Assembly: GCA_039715015.1 (NCBI GenBank)
Contig: JBDLIE010000002.1
Span: 32,001-96,000 of the forward strand
Direction: 5' to 3'
DNA: 64,000 bases
Source of the DNA: Thermodesulfobacteriota bacterium
Lineage (GTDB): Bacteria > Desulfobacterota > Desulfobulbia > Desulfobulbales > SURF-16
This document shows positions 1-11,904 of this stretch, piece after piece; the first letter of the stretch is position 1, and each line of letters opens with the position of its first letter. The notes beneath the pieces were generated by a model. That model was not told the DNA's origin, searched no databases, and worked only from the letters and a program-made list of their open reading frames with translations. The translations under genes were made by a program, and so were the position numbers.

Positions 1-37
1 AAAAATCGTGGCGGACCTTTGCAGCGTGTTCAACCAT
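1..37 (-). CDS. 5' end of probable 2-oxoacid:ferredoxin oxidoreductase beta subunit (runs off the window edge)
   Basis: ATG at 37 preceded by GAGGA, reads MVEHAAKVRHDF, directly downstream of the alpha subunit. Identity is inferred from operon position only. Confidence 0.45.
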   Translation of the reverse strand, partial: MVEHAAKVRHDF

Positions 38-54
38 GGGTAATCCTCGCCAAG

Positions 55-1197
55 CTACATGTTTAATAATTTTTCAAAAATCTGATCAGGGGTAATCAGC
101 AGGCCGTCAAAACGATTGAGCTGTTTTAAGGTGGCGCTCTTATTTACAGCCCGTACTTCGCGAACAATCTGGCCCATATTCATCTCTGGGACAAGCACAG
201 CCCGGCATTGCCTGAGCACAGAGTCCACCGCCATTTTAGGAAAGGGGAAAAGGGTGACAAGCTGCAAAAAGCCGGCCTTAATGCCACGTGCCCTGGCCAT
301 TTTCACGGCCCGAATGGCGGAGCGGGACACCGCCCCAAAGGTGATGATAGCCAGCTCGGCATCATCAAGCATATAGCCCTTGGTCATCTGGATGTCATTG
401 GCACCGTTAGCGAGTTTGCGGGCCATCCTTTTATGGAAGGCCTTTACAACATCGGGCCGAAAACAGGGAAACCCCTTGGTGTCGTGCATAAGGCCGGTGA
501 CATGATGCCGATAGCCGGAACCCATGGCAGCCATGGGCGGCACCCCACGGCTATTGTCTTCGTATGGTTCATACCATTCCGGTGGCACGCTGGGTTTGAT
601 CCGGTTGAATACTTCCATGGGGTTATTGGGAGGTAAAGTCACAGCCTCGCGGGTATGGCCGACGATCTCATCTGCCAGGAGTATCACCGGCACTCGGTAT
701 TTTTCAGAAAGGTTGAAGGCGTGAACCGTAATTTCATAGGAATCACCCACCGAAGAAACTGCCATGACGATAATGGCGTGGTCACCATGGGTGCCCCACC
801 GGGCCTGCATGACATCAGCCTGGGCTGGTGAGGTGGGCATACCAGTGGATGGCCCTCCGCGCATGACATTAACCACCACAACCGGCACCTCTGTCATACA
901 GGCAAAACCAAGATTTTCCTGCATTAATGAAAAACCTGGACCAGAGGTTGCGGTCATTGATTTCGTGCCAGCCAAAGAGGCCCCTATAATAGCGCCCATG
1001 GAAGCCAACTCATCCTCCATCTGGATGAAGGTGCCACCTATGGAAGGAAGGCGGCGGCTCATCTCCTCAGCAATCTCAGAGGATGGAGTAATGGGGTATC
1101 CCGCATAAAAACGGCACCCCGCAGCTAAGGCCCCCTCAACAATGGCTTCGTTACCTTGCAGCAGGTGTTTTTTATCCTTTTCTAAGCTGTCATCCAT
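55..1197 (-). CDS. korA: 2-oxoacid:ferredoxin oxidoreductase alpha subunit
   Basis: Motifs GNEA, YPITP, QMEDE, TATSGPG and RGGPSTG. Confidence 0.92.
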   Translation of the reverse strand: MDDSLEKDKKHLLQGNEAIVEGALAAGCRFYAGYPITPSSEIAEEMSRRLPSIGGTFIQMEDELASMGAIIGASLAGTKSMTATSGPGFSLMQENLGFACMTEVPVVVVNVMRGGPSTGMPTSPAQADVMQARWGTHGDHAIIVMAVSSVGDSYEITVHAFNLSEKYRVPVILLADEIVGHTREAVTLPPNNPMEVFNRIKPSVPPEWYEPYEDNSRGVPPMAAMGSGYRHHVTGLMHDTKGFPCFRPDVVKAFHKRMARKLANGANDIQMTKGYMLDDAELAIITFGAVSRSAIRAVKMARARGIKAGFLQLVTLFPFPKMAVDSVLRQCRAVLVPEMNMGQIVREVRAVNKSATLKQLNRFDGLLITPDQIFEKLLNM

Positions 1198-1238
1198 ATT
1201 CTTGGCACCGGCACTTTAGTTAATGAGACATTTGAACG

Positions 1239-1571
1239 TCAACCATCCCGCCGCCCTACTCGCCGGTCAGGATAGCGCTCCGTTATAGAAATGGCAAAAT
1301 CAGGACAATGGACCTCGCAAATCCGGCAGCCTATACAATCGTCAGCTCGCGCCACAATAGGCCCGCCCAAGTCGTTTTTATCGTAGACATGTTTTGGGCA
1401 GAGGGCGATGCAGATACCGCATGACTTGCACCAGTTGCTGTATACCGTCTGGGTGAAGAGTTTGATTCCCTTTTTGTCGAGATCAAGCTTCTTCTGCCAA
1501 TAATCATCAGGTCCTTTATCTTCAGCGGTTGCTCTCTTTTTTTTTGCCTTTGCGTTTTTTGCGGAAACCAT
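1239..1571 (-). CDS. 2x[4Fe-4S] ferredoxin-like delta subunit of the oxidoreductase
   Basis: CKSCGICIALCP and CIGCRICEVHCP motifs, directly upstream of korA. Start placed at ATG 1571; the ORF track start at 1610 is an alternative. Confidence 0.85.
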   Translation of the reverse strand: MVSAKNAKAKKKRATAEDKGPDDYWQKKLDLDKKGIKLFTQTVYSNWCKSCGICIALCPKHVYDKNDLGGPIVARADDCIGCRICEVHCPDFAISITERYPDRRVGRRDG

Positions 1572-1783
1572 CTCAGGACTCACTGTTTTTTCATGAATGG
1601 GATGTAACAATTTAATGATACACTTATTTTCACGTAAAGGAGGGAAAAAACCTCTTTTCCTGAGATTTTTTCGCTAATTAAGAGTAGATTGGCAAATATT
1701 TTACAAAGAAAATCATTTTCCCGGGGCTTGCTGAGGATTTTTCCTCTCAAAGCCACGGACAATTTCCTAAGGAGATAGACGTA

Positions 1784-2209
1784 ATGACAATTGAAGCAGG
1801 TAATCAGGTCAGTGTCCACTACACTGGCACCTTTGAAGATGGCGAGGTTTTTGACTCTTCCCAGGGCCGCGAGCCCCTCTCTTTTGAAGTGGGTGCCGGA
1901 CAGATGATCCAAGGTTTTGACCATGCCGTAGTAGGTATGAAAGAGGGGGAAAGCAAGAAGATCACCCTTGCCCCTGAAGAGGCTTATGGCCCCAGAAACG
2001 AAGAGCTTCTCGTGGATATTCCCAGCGCAAACTTCCCTGAGGACATGAAGCTCGAAGTAGGGATGATGCTCCAACTCACAAACCAGCAAGGCCAGCCAGT
2101 TCCAGCCACTGTTGCAGAAATTAATGACGAAAGTGTCAAAATGGATGTCAATCATCCCATGGCAGGCAAAACCCTGAATTTTGATATCGAAATCGTTGAA
2201 GTGAAATAA
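1784..2209 (+). CDS. FKBP-type peptidyl-prolyl isomerase (SlyD/FkpB-like, with IF domain, no His-rich tail)
   Basis: VHYTG, FDSS, PEEAYG and DVNHPMAGKTLNF motifs; RBS AAGGAG. Confidence 0.92.
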   Translation: MTIEAGNQVSVHYTGTFEDGEVFDSSQGREPLSFEVGAGQMIQGFDHAVVGMKEGESKKITLAPEEAYGPRNEELLVDIPSANFPEDMKLEVGMMLQLTNQQGQPVPATVAEINDESVKMDVNHPMAGKTLNFDIEIVEVK

Positions 2210-2221
2210 ATCAGCCTATTT

Positions 2222-2265
2222 TGGGATAACAGCGTGCCAATAATATTGGGGCCGCTGTTATCCCA
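2222..2265 (+). terminator. Probable intrinsic terminator after the PPIase gene
   Basis: 13-bp perfect inverted repeat tgggataacagcg/cgctgttatccca, followed by ttgtttt. Confidence 0.7.
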
Positions 2266-2588
2266 TTGTTTTCCGATCAGCAAGTACACGCCTGGATCAA
2301 TAAGTAGAATCTTTTCTCTCGGCCAGCGCCTCTTCCCTTCCCAATCAAGTTTCTCATATTTTCCTCAGGAAAACCGAGAGCTTGTCATATCTTGATCATA
2401 TCATAAGCATTTTCAATGAACGTCACCCTCAATTGACGCCTGGCTATTTAGCTAATTTAGCTTGATATTTCGTCTAAAAATCCTCAAAATAACCTTATGT
2501 ACCAGCTATAAACACGTTTATTTTTTTCATATTAAAAGTTTAACAACTGAGGTTTAGCTCGCCTCAACCTGTACGGAAAAGAAATCTT

Positions 2589-4568
2589 ATGAACTGGAAA
2601 AACATGACCATTGGTAAAAAAATTATTTTTGGTTACAGCATCATTCTTATCTTGCTCGTCGGCATTACCGCCATCAGTTATTTCGGGGTGGGTACAATCA
2701 TCTATGATGCTGAAGAGGTCATTAGCGGCAAAGAGCTTGATTCTATCCTGGCTCAACGGGAAGGGGACCATCTCAAGTGGGCCCAGCAGGTCAACAGACT
2801 GCTCACCGATGACGCCGTCACCACCCTTAAGGTCCAAACCGACCATCGAGAGTGTGCCCTGGGAAAATGGCTTTTTGGCCAAGGGCGTCAAGAGGCCGAG
2901 CATCTCCTGCCAGGCCTCAAGCCGCTGCTCAAAGCACTTGAAGAACCCCATGAGCATATGCACAAGTCTGCCATTGCCATCAAAGCGGCGTACAAGCATG
3001 CAGATGTGACCCTGCCAATACGCCTTGTCGAGATTGATGCCGCCCACCGAAGCTGGGCCATGCGCCTGTTCACCGCCATTCTTAACAGGGATAGTGTGGT
3101 GAGAGGCGTTTCCACAGACCCCAAAACCTGTAAGCTCGGCACATTCATGGTATCTGATCAGGGTAAGGCCGCCTATGCCAACGGCAGCGCCGACTTCAAG
3201 GAGATGTGGGACAGTCTCCATGGAAGTCATAATGCCATGCATGCCACTGCTGGCAGAGTCAAGGAACTCCTGGCCCAAAAGAAATTTGATGCCGCTGCTA
3301 AAATTATGCAGAAGGAGATCTTGATCAATCTCAACGCCACCCTCTCTGTCTTGGATGAATTACGCTACGATGCGGAAGAAAATCTCCTCGGCATGAAAAA
3401 GGCCAACGAAATTTATAGCTCCACCACCCTGCCCCACATGAAAGAAACTTTGGAGGCTATTGGGGCAATCAGAAATTTTGTTGGCGAAAACATTATGACC
3501 GACAAGACCATGCTGGCGGCCGGCAAGAATACAAAAAACGCGGTCACAATTCTCAGCTTGGCGACGATTATCTTTGGCTGTTTCATCGCCTTTTTTACTG
3601 CAAAGAATGTTATCAATCTTCTCTCTGGCGCCGTTAATGCAATGGCTGAGGCCTCTCGCCAAATCACTGCTGTCTCCGGTCACATAGCCTCCTCCAGCCA
3701 AACCATGGCGGCCGGGGCTTCCGATCAGGCAGTGAGCCTGGAGAACACCTCTGCTTCACTGGAAGAAATCAACTCCTTAACCAGACAGAATGCTGATAAT
3801 ACCCAGCAGGCCGACACCACCATGAAAGGGGTTCAAGACAATATGTTGTCTGCAGATGGATCCATGGTCAAACTCACTGATTCTATGACTGAAATTTCCA
3901 AAGCCAGTGAGGACACCCAGCGCATTGTCAAAACTATTGACGAAATTGCCTTCCAGACCAATCTGCTTGCCTTGAATGCTGCGGTGGAGGCGGCCAGGGC
4001 CGGTGAGGCAGGTGCTGGTTTTGCCGTGGTTGCTGATGAGGTTCGCAACCTTGCTATGCGTGCTGCAGAGTCGGCCGGTGAAACCTCAACCCTTATCGAT
4101 TCCACGGTTGACAAGATCAAAACCGGCTCACAGCTTGCCCAAGAAACCAATGAGATGTTTAGTGTTGCCAATGAAGCATCTGATCGCATCTCAACATTGA
4201 TCACGGAGATATCCACGGCTTCAGGTGAACAGGCCAAGGGGGTTGATGTTATTAACTCCTCAATTACCCAGATTGAAACTGTCACCCAGGACAATGCAGC
4301 AACAGCAGAAGAGACGGCTTCCGCCGCTGAAGAGCTGGCCTCTCAGGTCATGGCCATGGACCAGACAATCCGTGAACTTCAGACCATGGTGGGTGGCAGT
4401 AATGGCGATAAACCTGCTGCAACGGCGACTCCCAGCCCCGCCGCACCTGCTAAACAAATTTCAGCCGTGCCAAAAGCGCAACAGCTTAGTATGCCATCCA
4501 AAAGCGCTGCCAAAAAAAAGGCTGAAGAAGTCATCCCCTTTGACGATGATGATTTCGAGGATTTCTAG
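2589..4568 (+). CDS. Methyl-accepting chemotaxis protein with two CZB-like zinc-binding domains
   Basis: Two TM segments; HLKW..CALGKW..HEHMH and HRSW..CKLG..HNAMH; signalling tip [31 protein letters not shown]-terminal DFEDF pentapeptide. Confidence 0.93.
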   Translation: MNWKNMTIGKKIIFGYSIILILLVGITAISYFGVGTIIYDAEEVISGKELDSILAQREGDHLKWAQQVNRLLTDDAVTTLKVQTDHRECALGKWLFGQGRQEAEHLLPGLKPLLKALEEPHEHMHKSAIAIKAAYKHADVTLPIRLVEIDAAHRSWAMRLFTAILNRDSVVRGVSTDPKTCKLGTFMVSDQGKAAYANGSADFKEMWDSLHGSHNAMHATAGRVKELLAQKKFDAAAKIMQKEILINLNATLSVLDELRYDAEENLLGMKKANEIYSSTTLPHMKETLEAIGAIRNFVGENIMTDKTMLAAGKNTKNAVTILSLATIIFGCFIAFFTAKNVINLLSGAVNAMAEASRQITAVSGHIASSSQTMAAGASDQAVSLENTSASLEEINSLTRQNADNTQQADTTMKGVQDNMLSADGSMVKLTDSMTEISKASEDTQRIVKTIDEIAFQTNLLALNAAVEAARAGEAGAGFAVVADEVRNLAMRAAESAGETSTLIDSTVDKIKTGSQLAQETNEMFSVANEASDRISTLITEISTASGEQAKGVDVINSSITQIETVTQDNAATAEETASAAEELASQVMAMDQTIRELQTMVGGSNGDKPAATATPSPAAPAKQISAVPKAQQLSMPSKSAAKKKAEEVIPFDDDDFEDF

Positions 4569-4596
4569 AAACTGCTTCACAAAAGTCGCAACATTC

Positions 4597-4644
4597 ACAC
4601 ACCAAAAAGGCCTGCTGGAAAACCAGCAGGCCTTTTTGGTGTGT
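4597..4644. terminator. Bidirectional intrinsic terminator between convergent genes
   Basis: 22-bp perfect inverted repeat acacaccaaaaaggcctgctgg-aaaa-ccagcaggcctttttggtgtgt. Confidence 0.85.
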
Positions 4645-4720
4645 AAGAACCATTAATCTTCACTGTCAGTAGAGCTCGAAGATCAAGAACTCATGTTCTT
4701 TGCCGATCAGGTGAAAGAAA

Positions 4721-5848
4721 CTAGAAGTTGCCCAACGCGGACCAGAGCACACCAGCAGCAATGGCAGATCCGATCACTCCAGAGACATTGGGCGCCATGG
4801 CGTGCATGAGCAGAAAATTAGAAGGGTCCTCCTTCTGGCCAACAGCCTGAACAACACGGGCCGAATCAGGTACAGCAGAAACTCCGGCAGCGCCAATAAG
4901 AGGGTTAATCTTCTCTTTTAAGAAGAGATTCATAAGTTTGGCAAACAGCAGGCCGCCGCCAGTGGCCACCACAAAGGACAATGCGCCGAGGACAAAGATA
5001 AAAATGGACTGGGGGTTTAAAAAGATCTGGGCCTGGGTGGAGGCACCAACCGTGAATCCAAGAAGAATGGTAACAATGTCAATGAGGGCGTTGCGGGCCG
5101 AGTTTGCCAAGCGGTCGGTCACCGTTGACTCTTTGAGAAGATTGCCGAAAAAGAGCATCCCCAGCAGGGTCATGGAACCAGGGGCAAGGAGAGCACATAT
5201 CAAGAAGGCCACTATGGGAAAGATAATGCGCTCGCGCCGCGAGACATGACGTGGCGGCTTCATATGAATCCGGCGTTCCTCCTTTGTGGTGAGCAGGTAC
5301 ATAACAGGAGGTTGGATAACCGGGACCAAGGCCATATAGGAATAGGCAGCAATGGCAATGGGTCCAAGAAGCTCTGGGGCTATCATTGAAGAAAGAAAGA
5401 TGGCGGTGGGACCATCCGCCCCGCCGATAATTCCAATGGCGCCAGCCTGCTGAACAGAAAAACCAAGAACAATAGCGCCGGCAAAGGTCAGGAAAACGCC
5501 GATCTGGGCTGCGGCCCCCAGCAGAATAAGCTTGGGGTTGGACAGCATGGTGGAAAAATCGGTCATGGCGCCGATACCCAGAAAAATCAGGGGGGGATAG
5601 ATACCCTTGGTCACACCGGCGTAAAGATATTTAAGAACGCTGCCGTCATCATAGACACTGAGCGGCATATTGGCGATGGGGGGAATATTACCGATTAAGA
5701 TGCCAAAGCCAATGGGCACCAGAAGTAACGGCTCGTAATCCTTGGTGATGGCCAGGACAATGAACACCAGGCCGATGACGATCATAATGGCATTGCCCCA
5801 CGTCATGTGGGCAAAGCCGGAATTTGTAAAAAAACTTGAGATTTCCAC
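4721..5848 (-). CDS. mmdB: Na+-translocating decarboxylase beta subunit (OadB/MmdB family)
   Basis: EPLLLVPIGFG, GIGAMTDF, IGGADGPT and GVSAVP motifs. Confidence 0.92.
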   Translation of the reverse strand: MEISSFFTNSGFAHMTWGNAIMIVIGLVFIVLAITKDYEPLLLVPIGFGILIGNIPPIANMPLSVYDDGSVLKYLYAGVTKGIYPPLIFLGIGAMTDFSTMLSNPKLILLGAAAQIGVFLTFAGAIVLGFSVQQAGAIGIIGGADGPTAIFLSSMIAPELLGPIAIAAYSYMALVPVIQPPVMYLLTTKEERRIHMKPPRHVSRRERIIFPIVAFLICALLAPGSMTLLGMLFFGNLLKESTVTDRLANSARNALIDIVTILLGFTVGASTQAQIFLNPQSIFIFVLGALSFVVATGGGLLFAKLMNLFLKEKINPLIGAAGVSAVPDSARVVQAVGQKEDPSNFLLMHAMAPNVSGVIGSAIAAGVLWSALGNF

Positions 5849-5859
5849 AGATTACCCGC

Positions 5860-6303
5860 CTAGTCTATTTCAACCATACCCTGGCCGTGGGTCACTGCAT
5901 CGCCCTGTCTCACCAGTATTTCTTTAATCACTCCGGAACGATGAGCCGTGATGATGTTCTCCAGTTTCATGGCCTCAAGCACCAAGAGTTTCTGGCCTTC
6001 AAGAACCTTCTCGCCGACACTGATGCAAATCTCAAGAATATGACCGGGGATCGGGGAAGAGATAAGACCAGTTCCGGCCGCAGCTACACGGGGGGAAGTG
6101 GCTGCCGGCTGGACCAGGGTAACCGGAGAGACAGGCTGAGTCTCGCCAACTGGCAAACTGGCAGTAGGAGTAAGATTTTTGATCTCATTAATGGCCACGG
6201 TATGCTCGACGCCATTGACCTTGGCAACCACCTCTTCATCGGTGACTTTGAGCACAGATACCGTATAAGGTTGACCGGATATGGAAAGATTATATTCTCG
6301 CAT
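5860..6303 (-). CDS. mmdC: Biotin carboxyl carrier subunit
   Basis: SPIPG and EAMKL biotinylation motif; Pro/Ala-rich linker. Confidence 0.88.
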   Translation of the reverse strand: MREYNLSISGQPYTVSVLKVTDEEVVAKVNGVEHTVAINEIKNLTPTASLPVGETQPVSPVTLVQPAATSPRVAAAGTGLISSPIPGHILEICISVGEKVLEGQKLLVLEAMKLENIITAHRSGVIKEILVRQGDAVTHGQGMVEID

Positions 6304-6337
6304 AAATTAAATAGGGGATGACGACGGGTTAGATTTT

Positions 6338-6757
6338 TTATCTACCTGACAAGGCGCTACGGCCGGCATGGGAACGGACGGACAGGCCATGGACCCGGCC
6401 GGAAATCTTCCAGGGTGAATCCAAATCACCATGGCTCTTCCAGGTTATCTTTTCATTCTCCTCAGGAAAATCTTGCTGAAGATGAAGAGCAACGGCAATG
6501 GCAAGGAGAATATCCTTTTCCACTGGTTCACTCTCTTCTTTATTTTTAACAGCCCTCTTTTTCAACCTTGACGGCAAAGCGAGGAGCTTGGGGAGAACGG
6601 CTATGTAGATGCTGATCACAAAAAGACCGGCAAAAACCATGATCATCCCGAAGATGCTGAAAAAAACAGCATTAAACTCAGGGGTAATCAAATTATCGAA
6701 ACTAATCTCGGCAAGGGAAAAATTCATTCTAATTTCATCCTCGGCAATGCAAAACAC
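6338..6757 (-). CDS. OadG/MmdD-family membrane anchor subunit
   Basis: One N-terminal TM (GMIMVFAGL), ILLAIAVAL and SPWKISGR; lies between the alpha and biotin subunits. Confidence 0.78.
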   Translation of the reverse strand: MFCIAEDEIRMNFSLAEISFDNLITPEFNAVFFSIFGMIMVFAGLFVISIYIAVLPKLLALPSRLKKRAVKNKEESEPVEKDILLAIAVALHLQQDFPEENEKITWKSHGDLDSPWKISGRVHGLSVRSHAGRSALSGR

Positions 6758-6771
6758 GCCATCAACTCTGG

Positions 6772-8325
6772 CTACAGAGGGATATTACCATGTTTTTTCA
6801 TGGGATTAGAATCCCGTTTATTTTTCAGCATCTCAAGGGCTTTGATGATCCGAAAACGGGTGCGGGCCGGTTCAATAATATCATCGATATAGCCGCGCTG
6901 TGCCGCAACATATGGATTTGCCATGGTGTCGCTATACTCTTGCTCCTTTTCGGCCAGAAAGGCGGCGGGATCATCAGAACCTTGCGCCTCGCGGGAATAA
7001 AGCACCTCCACCGCTCCCTTGCCGCCCATGACGGCAATTTCTGCGGAAGGCCAGGCATAGTTAATATCACCACGCAGATGTTTTGAACTCATCACGCAAT
7101 AAGCACCGCCATAGGCCTTTCTAGTCACCACCGTGACTTTAGGGATGGTGGCCTCGGCATAGGCATAGAGAATTTTGGCGCCGTTGCGGATCACCCCGTT
7201 ATACTCCTGGTTCGTGCCTGGCAAAAAGCCGGGGACATCCACCAGGGTCACCACCGGAATATTAAAACAGTCACAAAATCGCACGAAACGAGCCGCCTTC
7301 ACCGATGCATTAATATCAAGCACGCCGGACAGATGCATGGGCTGGTTGGCGACGATACCGACACTATGGCCGTTATATCTGGCAAATCCGGTAATAATAT
7401 TAGGAGCGAATTTCTCCTTAATCTCAAAAAAATCGCCGCCATCAACGGTGCCAACGATCACTTCCTTCATGTCGTACGCTTCGTTGGGATTTTCCGGGAT
7501 CAAGATATTAAGGGCTTCGTTACGCCGGTCAGGGCTGTCGTCGCTCATCACCAGAGGCGCACTTTCCATATTGTTCTGGGGCACAAAGGAAAGCAGCCTT
7601 TTTACATACTCAACAGCGTCTATCCCGCTCTCTGCCGCATAATCGGCAACGCCACTCTGGGAGGCATGCATATCAGCGCCGCCCAGTTCCTCAACAGTGA
7701 CATCCTCATGGGTCACTGACTTGACGACCTTGGGACCGGTGAGAAACATATAGCTATTGGTCTTGACCATGACGACAAAATCCGTGAGGGCTGGAGAGTA
7801 AACAGCGCCACCGGCACAGGGACCGAAAATAGCAGAAATCTGGGGAACCACACCGCTTGCCATCACATTGCGCTGGAAGATTTCCGAATAGCCGGCCAAG
7901 GCTTCGATTCCTTCCTGAATCCGGGCACCACCCGAGTCATTAAGGCCAATGACAGGCGCGCCATTTTTCACAGCCAGGTCCATCACCTTACATATCTTTT
8001 CCGCCAGAGTCTCAGAAAGGGAGCCGCCCAGCACGGTAAAATCCTGGGCATAGACATAGACCAGTCGTCCACCAACAGTGCCGTAACCAGTGACCACGCC
8101 ATCACCGAGAAAGACCTTGTCTTCCATACCAAAATTTTGGCAGCGATGGGTCTTGAACATGTCAAACTCTTCAAAAGAACCGTCGTCGAGGAGGAGGTTG
8201 ATCCGTTCACGGGCAGTAAGGCGTCCCTTGGCATGGAGGGTATCTATACGCTCCTGACCTCCGCCGAGACGGGCTTTCGCCCTTTTCTGCATAAGCTCAT
8301 CAAGTTTCTTTTGCATTAATGACAT
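6772..8325 (-). CDS. mmdA: Methylmalonyl-CoA decarboxylase alpha subunit / propionyl-CoA carboxyltransferase
   Basis: [32 protein letters not shown] and KKHGNIPL motifs. Confidence 0.9.
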   Translation of the reverse strand: MSLMQKKLDELMQKRAKARLGGGQERIDTLHAKGRLTARERINLLLDDGSFEEFDMFKTHRCQNFGMEDKVFLGDGVVTGYGTVGGRLVYVYAQDFTVLGGSLSETLAEKICKVMDLAVKNGAPVIGLNDSGGARIQEGIEALAGYSEIFQRNVMASGVVPQISAIFGPCAGGAVYSPALTDFVVMVKTNSYMFLTGPKVVKSVTHEDVTVEELGGADMHASQSGVADYAAESGIDAVEYVKRLLSFVPQNNMESAPLVMSDDSPDRRNEALNILIPENPNEAYDMKEVIVGTVDGGDFFEIKEKFAPNIITGFARYNGHSVGIVANQPMHLSGVLDINASVKAARFVRFCDCFNIPVVTLVDVPGFLPGTNQEYNGVIRNGAKILYAYAEATIPKVTVVTRKAYGGAYCVMSSKHLRGDINYAWPSAEIAVMGGKGAVEVLYSREAQGSDDPAAFLAEKEQEYSDTMANPYVAAQRGYIDDIIEPARTRFRIIKALEMLKNKRDSNPMKKHGNIPL

Positions 8326-8368
8326 AGTCTATTTAGTTCTGGTCGGGATGATTCTTTAGGAGAGGAGA

Positions 8369-8773
8369 CTATTTCTTCGAACAGCAAAACTCGGTGAGAA
8401 CACCAAAGCTGGACTTAGGATGAAGAAAGGCAACTTCCTTGCCGCCGGCCCCCTGTATCGGTTTTTTATGGATCAAGGCACATCCTTGATCTGCAGCCTG
8501 CTTTAACTGGCCGTCAATATCATCGCTCCGGTAGGCGATATGATGAATGCCCTCGCCTTTCTTCTCTAAAAAAATAGCAATGGGACTGTCATCATGGGTG
8601 GGTTCGAGCAATTCGATATGCACTTCACCCACCGCAAAAAAAGCTGTTTTCACCTTCTGTGACGCCACCGTTTCTTCGCCTTCACAGACAAGGCCCAAGG
8701 CCTGCTCGTAAAATTTCCGGGCCTCATCAATGGAACGCACGGCTATACCAATATGATCAATTTTACTTAGCAT
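8369..8773 (-). CDS. mce: Methylmalonyl-CoA epimerase
   Basis: IDHIGIAV, IELLEP, GIHHIA and FLHPKS..GVLTE motifs. Confidence 0.93.
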   Translation of the reverse strand: MLSKIDHIGIAVRSIDEARKFYEQALGLVCEGEETVASQKVKTAFFAVGEVHIELLEPTHDDSPIAIFLEKKGEGIHHIAYRSDDIDGQLKQAADQGCALIHKKPIQGAGGKEVAFLHPKSSFGVLTEFCCSKK

Positions 8774-8815
8774 TTAATGGTCATCCTTATATACGATTTT
8801 GTATGAAGAGGCAAA

Positions 8816-10462
8816 TTATTGTCTGTCTCGATATTCACCGAATACCTGGCGCAGGACATCGCAAATCTCCCCCAAGGTGGCGTATTGGCGGACGCAGTTC
8901 AAAACAGGCTCCATGAGTTGCTGATCATTTTCTGCGGCATTCTTGAGGTTGCCTAAGCATTTTTCCACCTCGTTATTATTACGGTCCGCCTTTAGCTTCT
9001 GCAACCTGAGCACTTGTTCAGCCTCAACCTCTGGTTTAACACGCAGCAAGGGGGGCTTTAATTCCTCATCCACTTGGAATTTGTTGACACCGACAATAAC
9101 GCGCTGCCCAGATTCGATCTCCTTTTGATACTCGTAGGCAGAGTGTTCAATCTGGCGTTGGATGAAACCGTCCTCAATGCAGTCCACCACACCGCCGGCC
9201 TCCTCGATTTTGGCCATTAACTCCTCGGCTTCATCCTCGATACGATCAGTGAGTTCTTCAATAAAATAGGAACCGCCTAAAGGATCAATGGTACTAGCCA
9301 CCCCAGACTCATGGGCGATGATCTGCTGGGTACGCAGGGCTGTGCGCACCGATTCTTCGGTGGGCAGAGAAAGGGCCTCGTCCCGGGAGTTGGTATGCAA
9401 TGACTGGGTGCCGCCCAACACAGCAGAAAGGGCCTGAAGAGTGACCCGGACAATATTATTATCTATCTGCTGGGCCGTTAGGGTATTTCCTGCAGTCTGG
9501 GTATGGAAACGTAACATCCAACTGCTTGGTTTCTTGGCGCCAAGCCCCTTCATGGTTTTGGCCCACAACCTGCGGGCAGCCCGGAATTTAGCAACCTCCT
9601 CAAGCAGATCGGAAGAGGCATTAAAGAAAAAGGCCAGGCGTCTGGCAAAATGATCAAGCTCAAGACCTGCCCCAAGGGCGGTTTTCACATAGGTAACACC
9701 ATGTGCCAGGGTAAAGGCCACCTCCTGCACTGCTGTGGAACCAGCCTCGCGGATATGGTAGCCGGAGATGGAAATGGTATTAAAGAGCGGCGTATTCTTG
9801 CCGCACCACCGGAAGATATCAGTAATAAGGCGCAAACTGGGCTTAGGGGGATAGATATAGGTGCCGCGAGCCACATACTCCTTCAAAATATCGTTTTGGA
9901 TAGTTCCCTTGAGCTTATCTGCCGCCACCCCCTGCTTCTCGGCAACAACCACGTACATGGCAAGGAGAACAATGGCCGGGGAATTGATAGTCATGGAGGT
10001 GGAAACCTTATCGAGTGGGATATCTGCAAAAAGGCTTTCCATATCGGCCAAAGAGTCTATGGCAACGCCCACCTTGCCCACCTCGCCCATGGCCATGGCA
10101 TGGTCCGAATCGTAGCCAATCTGAGTTGGCAGATCAAAGGCAACAGACAGTCCTGTAGTGCCGTGCTCCAGGAGATAGCGATACCGTTTATTGGATTCAG
10201 CGGCGGTTGAAAAGCCAGCATACTGACGCATGGTCCACAGCCGGCCCCGATACATGGTGGGCTGTACTCCGCGGGTATAGGGGTAGCGTCCTGGGAAGCC
10301 TATTTCTTCCTCATAATTTTCATCAATGGTTGTTGGCAGTGAGAGCCTTGGGATCTCGGCGCCACCATGATTATAAAAGGTCTTATAGCGTTCCGGAAAC
10401 CGGCCCAGGGAGGCCGCCAACTCCTCTTCTTGCCATGATGTATAGGAAGGATGATCTGTCAT
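8816..10462 (-). CDS. Methylmalonyl-CoA mutase, catalytic (large) subunit
   Basis: [22 protein letters not shown] and [11 protein letters not shown] motifs. Confidence 0.93.
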   Translation of the reverse strand: MTDHPSYTSWQEEELAASLGRFPERYKTFYNHGGAEIPRLSLPTTIDENYEEEIGFPGRYPYTRGVQPTMYRGRLWTMRQYAGFSTAAESNKRYRYLLEHGTTGLSVAFDLPTQIGYDSDHAMAMGEVGKVGVAIDSLADMESLFADIPLDKVSTSMTINSPAIVLLAMYVVVAEKQGVAADKLKGTIQNDILKEYVARGTYIYPPKPSLRLITDIFRWCGKNTPLFNTISISGYHIREAGSTAVQEVAFTLAHGVTYVKTALGAGLELDHFARRLAFFFNASSDLLEEVAKFRAARRLWAKTMKGLGAKKPSSWMLRFHTQTAGNTLTAQQIDNNIVRVTLQALSAVLGGTQSLHTNSRDEALSLPTEESVRTALRTQQIIAHESGVASTIDPLGGSYFIEELTDRIEDEAEELMAKIEEAGGVVDCIEDGFIQRQIEHSAYEYQKEIESGQRVIVGVNKFQVDEELKPPLLRVKPEVEAEQVLRLQKLKADRNNNEVEKCLGNLKNAAENDQQLMEPVLNCVRQYATLGEICDVLRQVFGEYRDRQ

Positions 10463-10478
10463 TTGTCTTCTTTGGTTT

Positions 10479-11420
10479 TCAATTATTGCTACGTATCCCT
10501 AACCCTGCAAGGAGATCCTTGGCAAGCAGCATGGGATCGCCATGAAACTCTTCATCTTTATTGATGCAGGCCTCTATCTGGGGGCGAATCAACTCCACCG
10601 CCCAATCAATAACCTCATAGCGCCTGGCCTGGAGGCGGCGCTGGGATATTTCGCCGTTCTCCTCAAAGACCTTATGCACCTCATTGACACGCTGAATAAG
10701 GGCAGCCACCCCTTCACCTTGACTGGCAATGGTGCTGCAGACCTTGGTGGCACGCCCCAGCCTCTCCTGGCGTTGGCGGGCCACACTTTCCATATCGAGG
10801 ACCAAGGCATCGGCACCGCGCAGATCAGACTTATTGATTACCAGAATGTCGGCGACCTCAAGAAGGCCGGCCTTCATGGCCTGAATATCATCACCCAGCC
10901 CAGGGGCCAGAACCATGGCAGTGAGATCGGCCATGCGAACAATGTCCATCTCCGACTGGCCTACTCCCACAGTCTCGATAAGTACCACTTCACAACCGCT
11001 CTGAGCCATGATCCGCACGGCAGCGCCGGCAGAACCACAGACACCTCCAAGGCGCCCCCGGGTTGCCATGGAGCGCACGACAACGTCTTTGTCCAAGGCA
11101 TGACCCATCATCCGCACCCGGTCACCAAGCAAAGCCCCACCGGAGAGCGGGGACGATGGATCCACGGCAACAACACCAATTCGCTTCTTGAGGCGGCGAT
11201 ACTCCTTGATCAGTTGGCTGGTCAGCGTCGACTTTCCTGCCCCTGGGGGGCCGGTTATGCCAACAACAAGACAAGCCTCAATTTTTTCCGGATCAAGGCT
11301 GGCAAGTATGGCATGGGCTGCCGGTTCATGGTTTTCAACAATGGAGATAGCCCGGCCAATGGAGCGAGGATCGCCGTGACTCACCCCGCTTATAATTTTG
11401 GCGACTTCGGGCATAAACAA
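10479..11420 (-). CDS. meaB: MeaB/ArgK-family GTPase chaperone of the mutase
   Basis: [36 protein letters not shown] and NKSD motifs. Confidence 0.92.
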   Translation of the reverse strand: MFMPEVAKIISGVSHGDPRSIGRAISIVENHEPAAHAILASLDPEKIEACLVVGITGPPGAGKSTLTSQLIKEYRRLKKRIGVVAVDPSSPLSGGALLGDRVRMMGHALDKDVVVRSMATRGRLGGVCGSAGAAVRIMAQSGCEVVLIETVGVGQSEMDIVRMADLTAMVLAPGLGDDIQAMKAGLLEVADILVINKSDLRGADALVLDMESVARQRQERLGRATKVCSTIASQGEGVAALIQRVNEVHKVFEENGEISQRRLQARRYEVIDWAVELIRPQIEACINKDEEFHGDPMLLAKDLLAGLGIRSNN

Positions 11421-11499
11421 AAAGTCCGTTGCTAGTTTGCAGGAGTCAGTAACAAAAAAATCAGCAGATCAATCCAAACAATGAACTGACCACTGATTT

Positions 11500-11904
11500 C
11501 TACCTGCTATTTTTTTGGCAGGCGTCCCGAAAGGCGTTCATCACCTCTTCCAGAGTTGCCCCCGGGGTGAAGATCTCACGGACACCGGCCTCTTTTAAAG
11601 CTTCGATGTCCTCCTCAGGAATGACACCACCGCCCACCACAGCTATATCGCTGGCCCCGGCCTTGGCAAGTTCCTCAACAACAGCGGGAAAGAGACGAAG
11701 ATGGGCACCGGAGAGTGATGAAAGACCGACTGCAGCAACGTCCTCCTGGACAGCGGCCGCGGCAATTTCTGCCGGCGAACGACGAATTCCTGTGTAAATC
11801 ACTTCAAAACCCTGATCGCGCAGGGCCTGGGCAATAACTTTGGCCCCCCGGTCATGGCCATCAAGGCCCGGTTTGCCAATTAAAACGCGATATTTTTTAC
11901 TCAT
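11500..11904 (-). CDS. Methylmalonyl-CoA mutase cobalamin-binding (small) subunit
   Basis: KPGLDGHDRGAK, SSLSG and GGGVIP motifs. Confidence 0.93.
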   Translation of the reverse strand: MSKKYRVLIGKPGLDGHDRGAKVIAQALRDQGFEVIYTGIRRSPAEIAAAAVQEDVAAVGLSSLSGAHLRLFPAVVEELAKAGASDIAVVGGGVIPEEDIEALKEAGVREIFTPGATLEEVMNAFRDACQKNSR

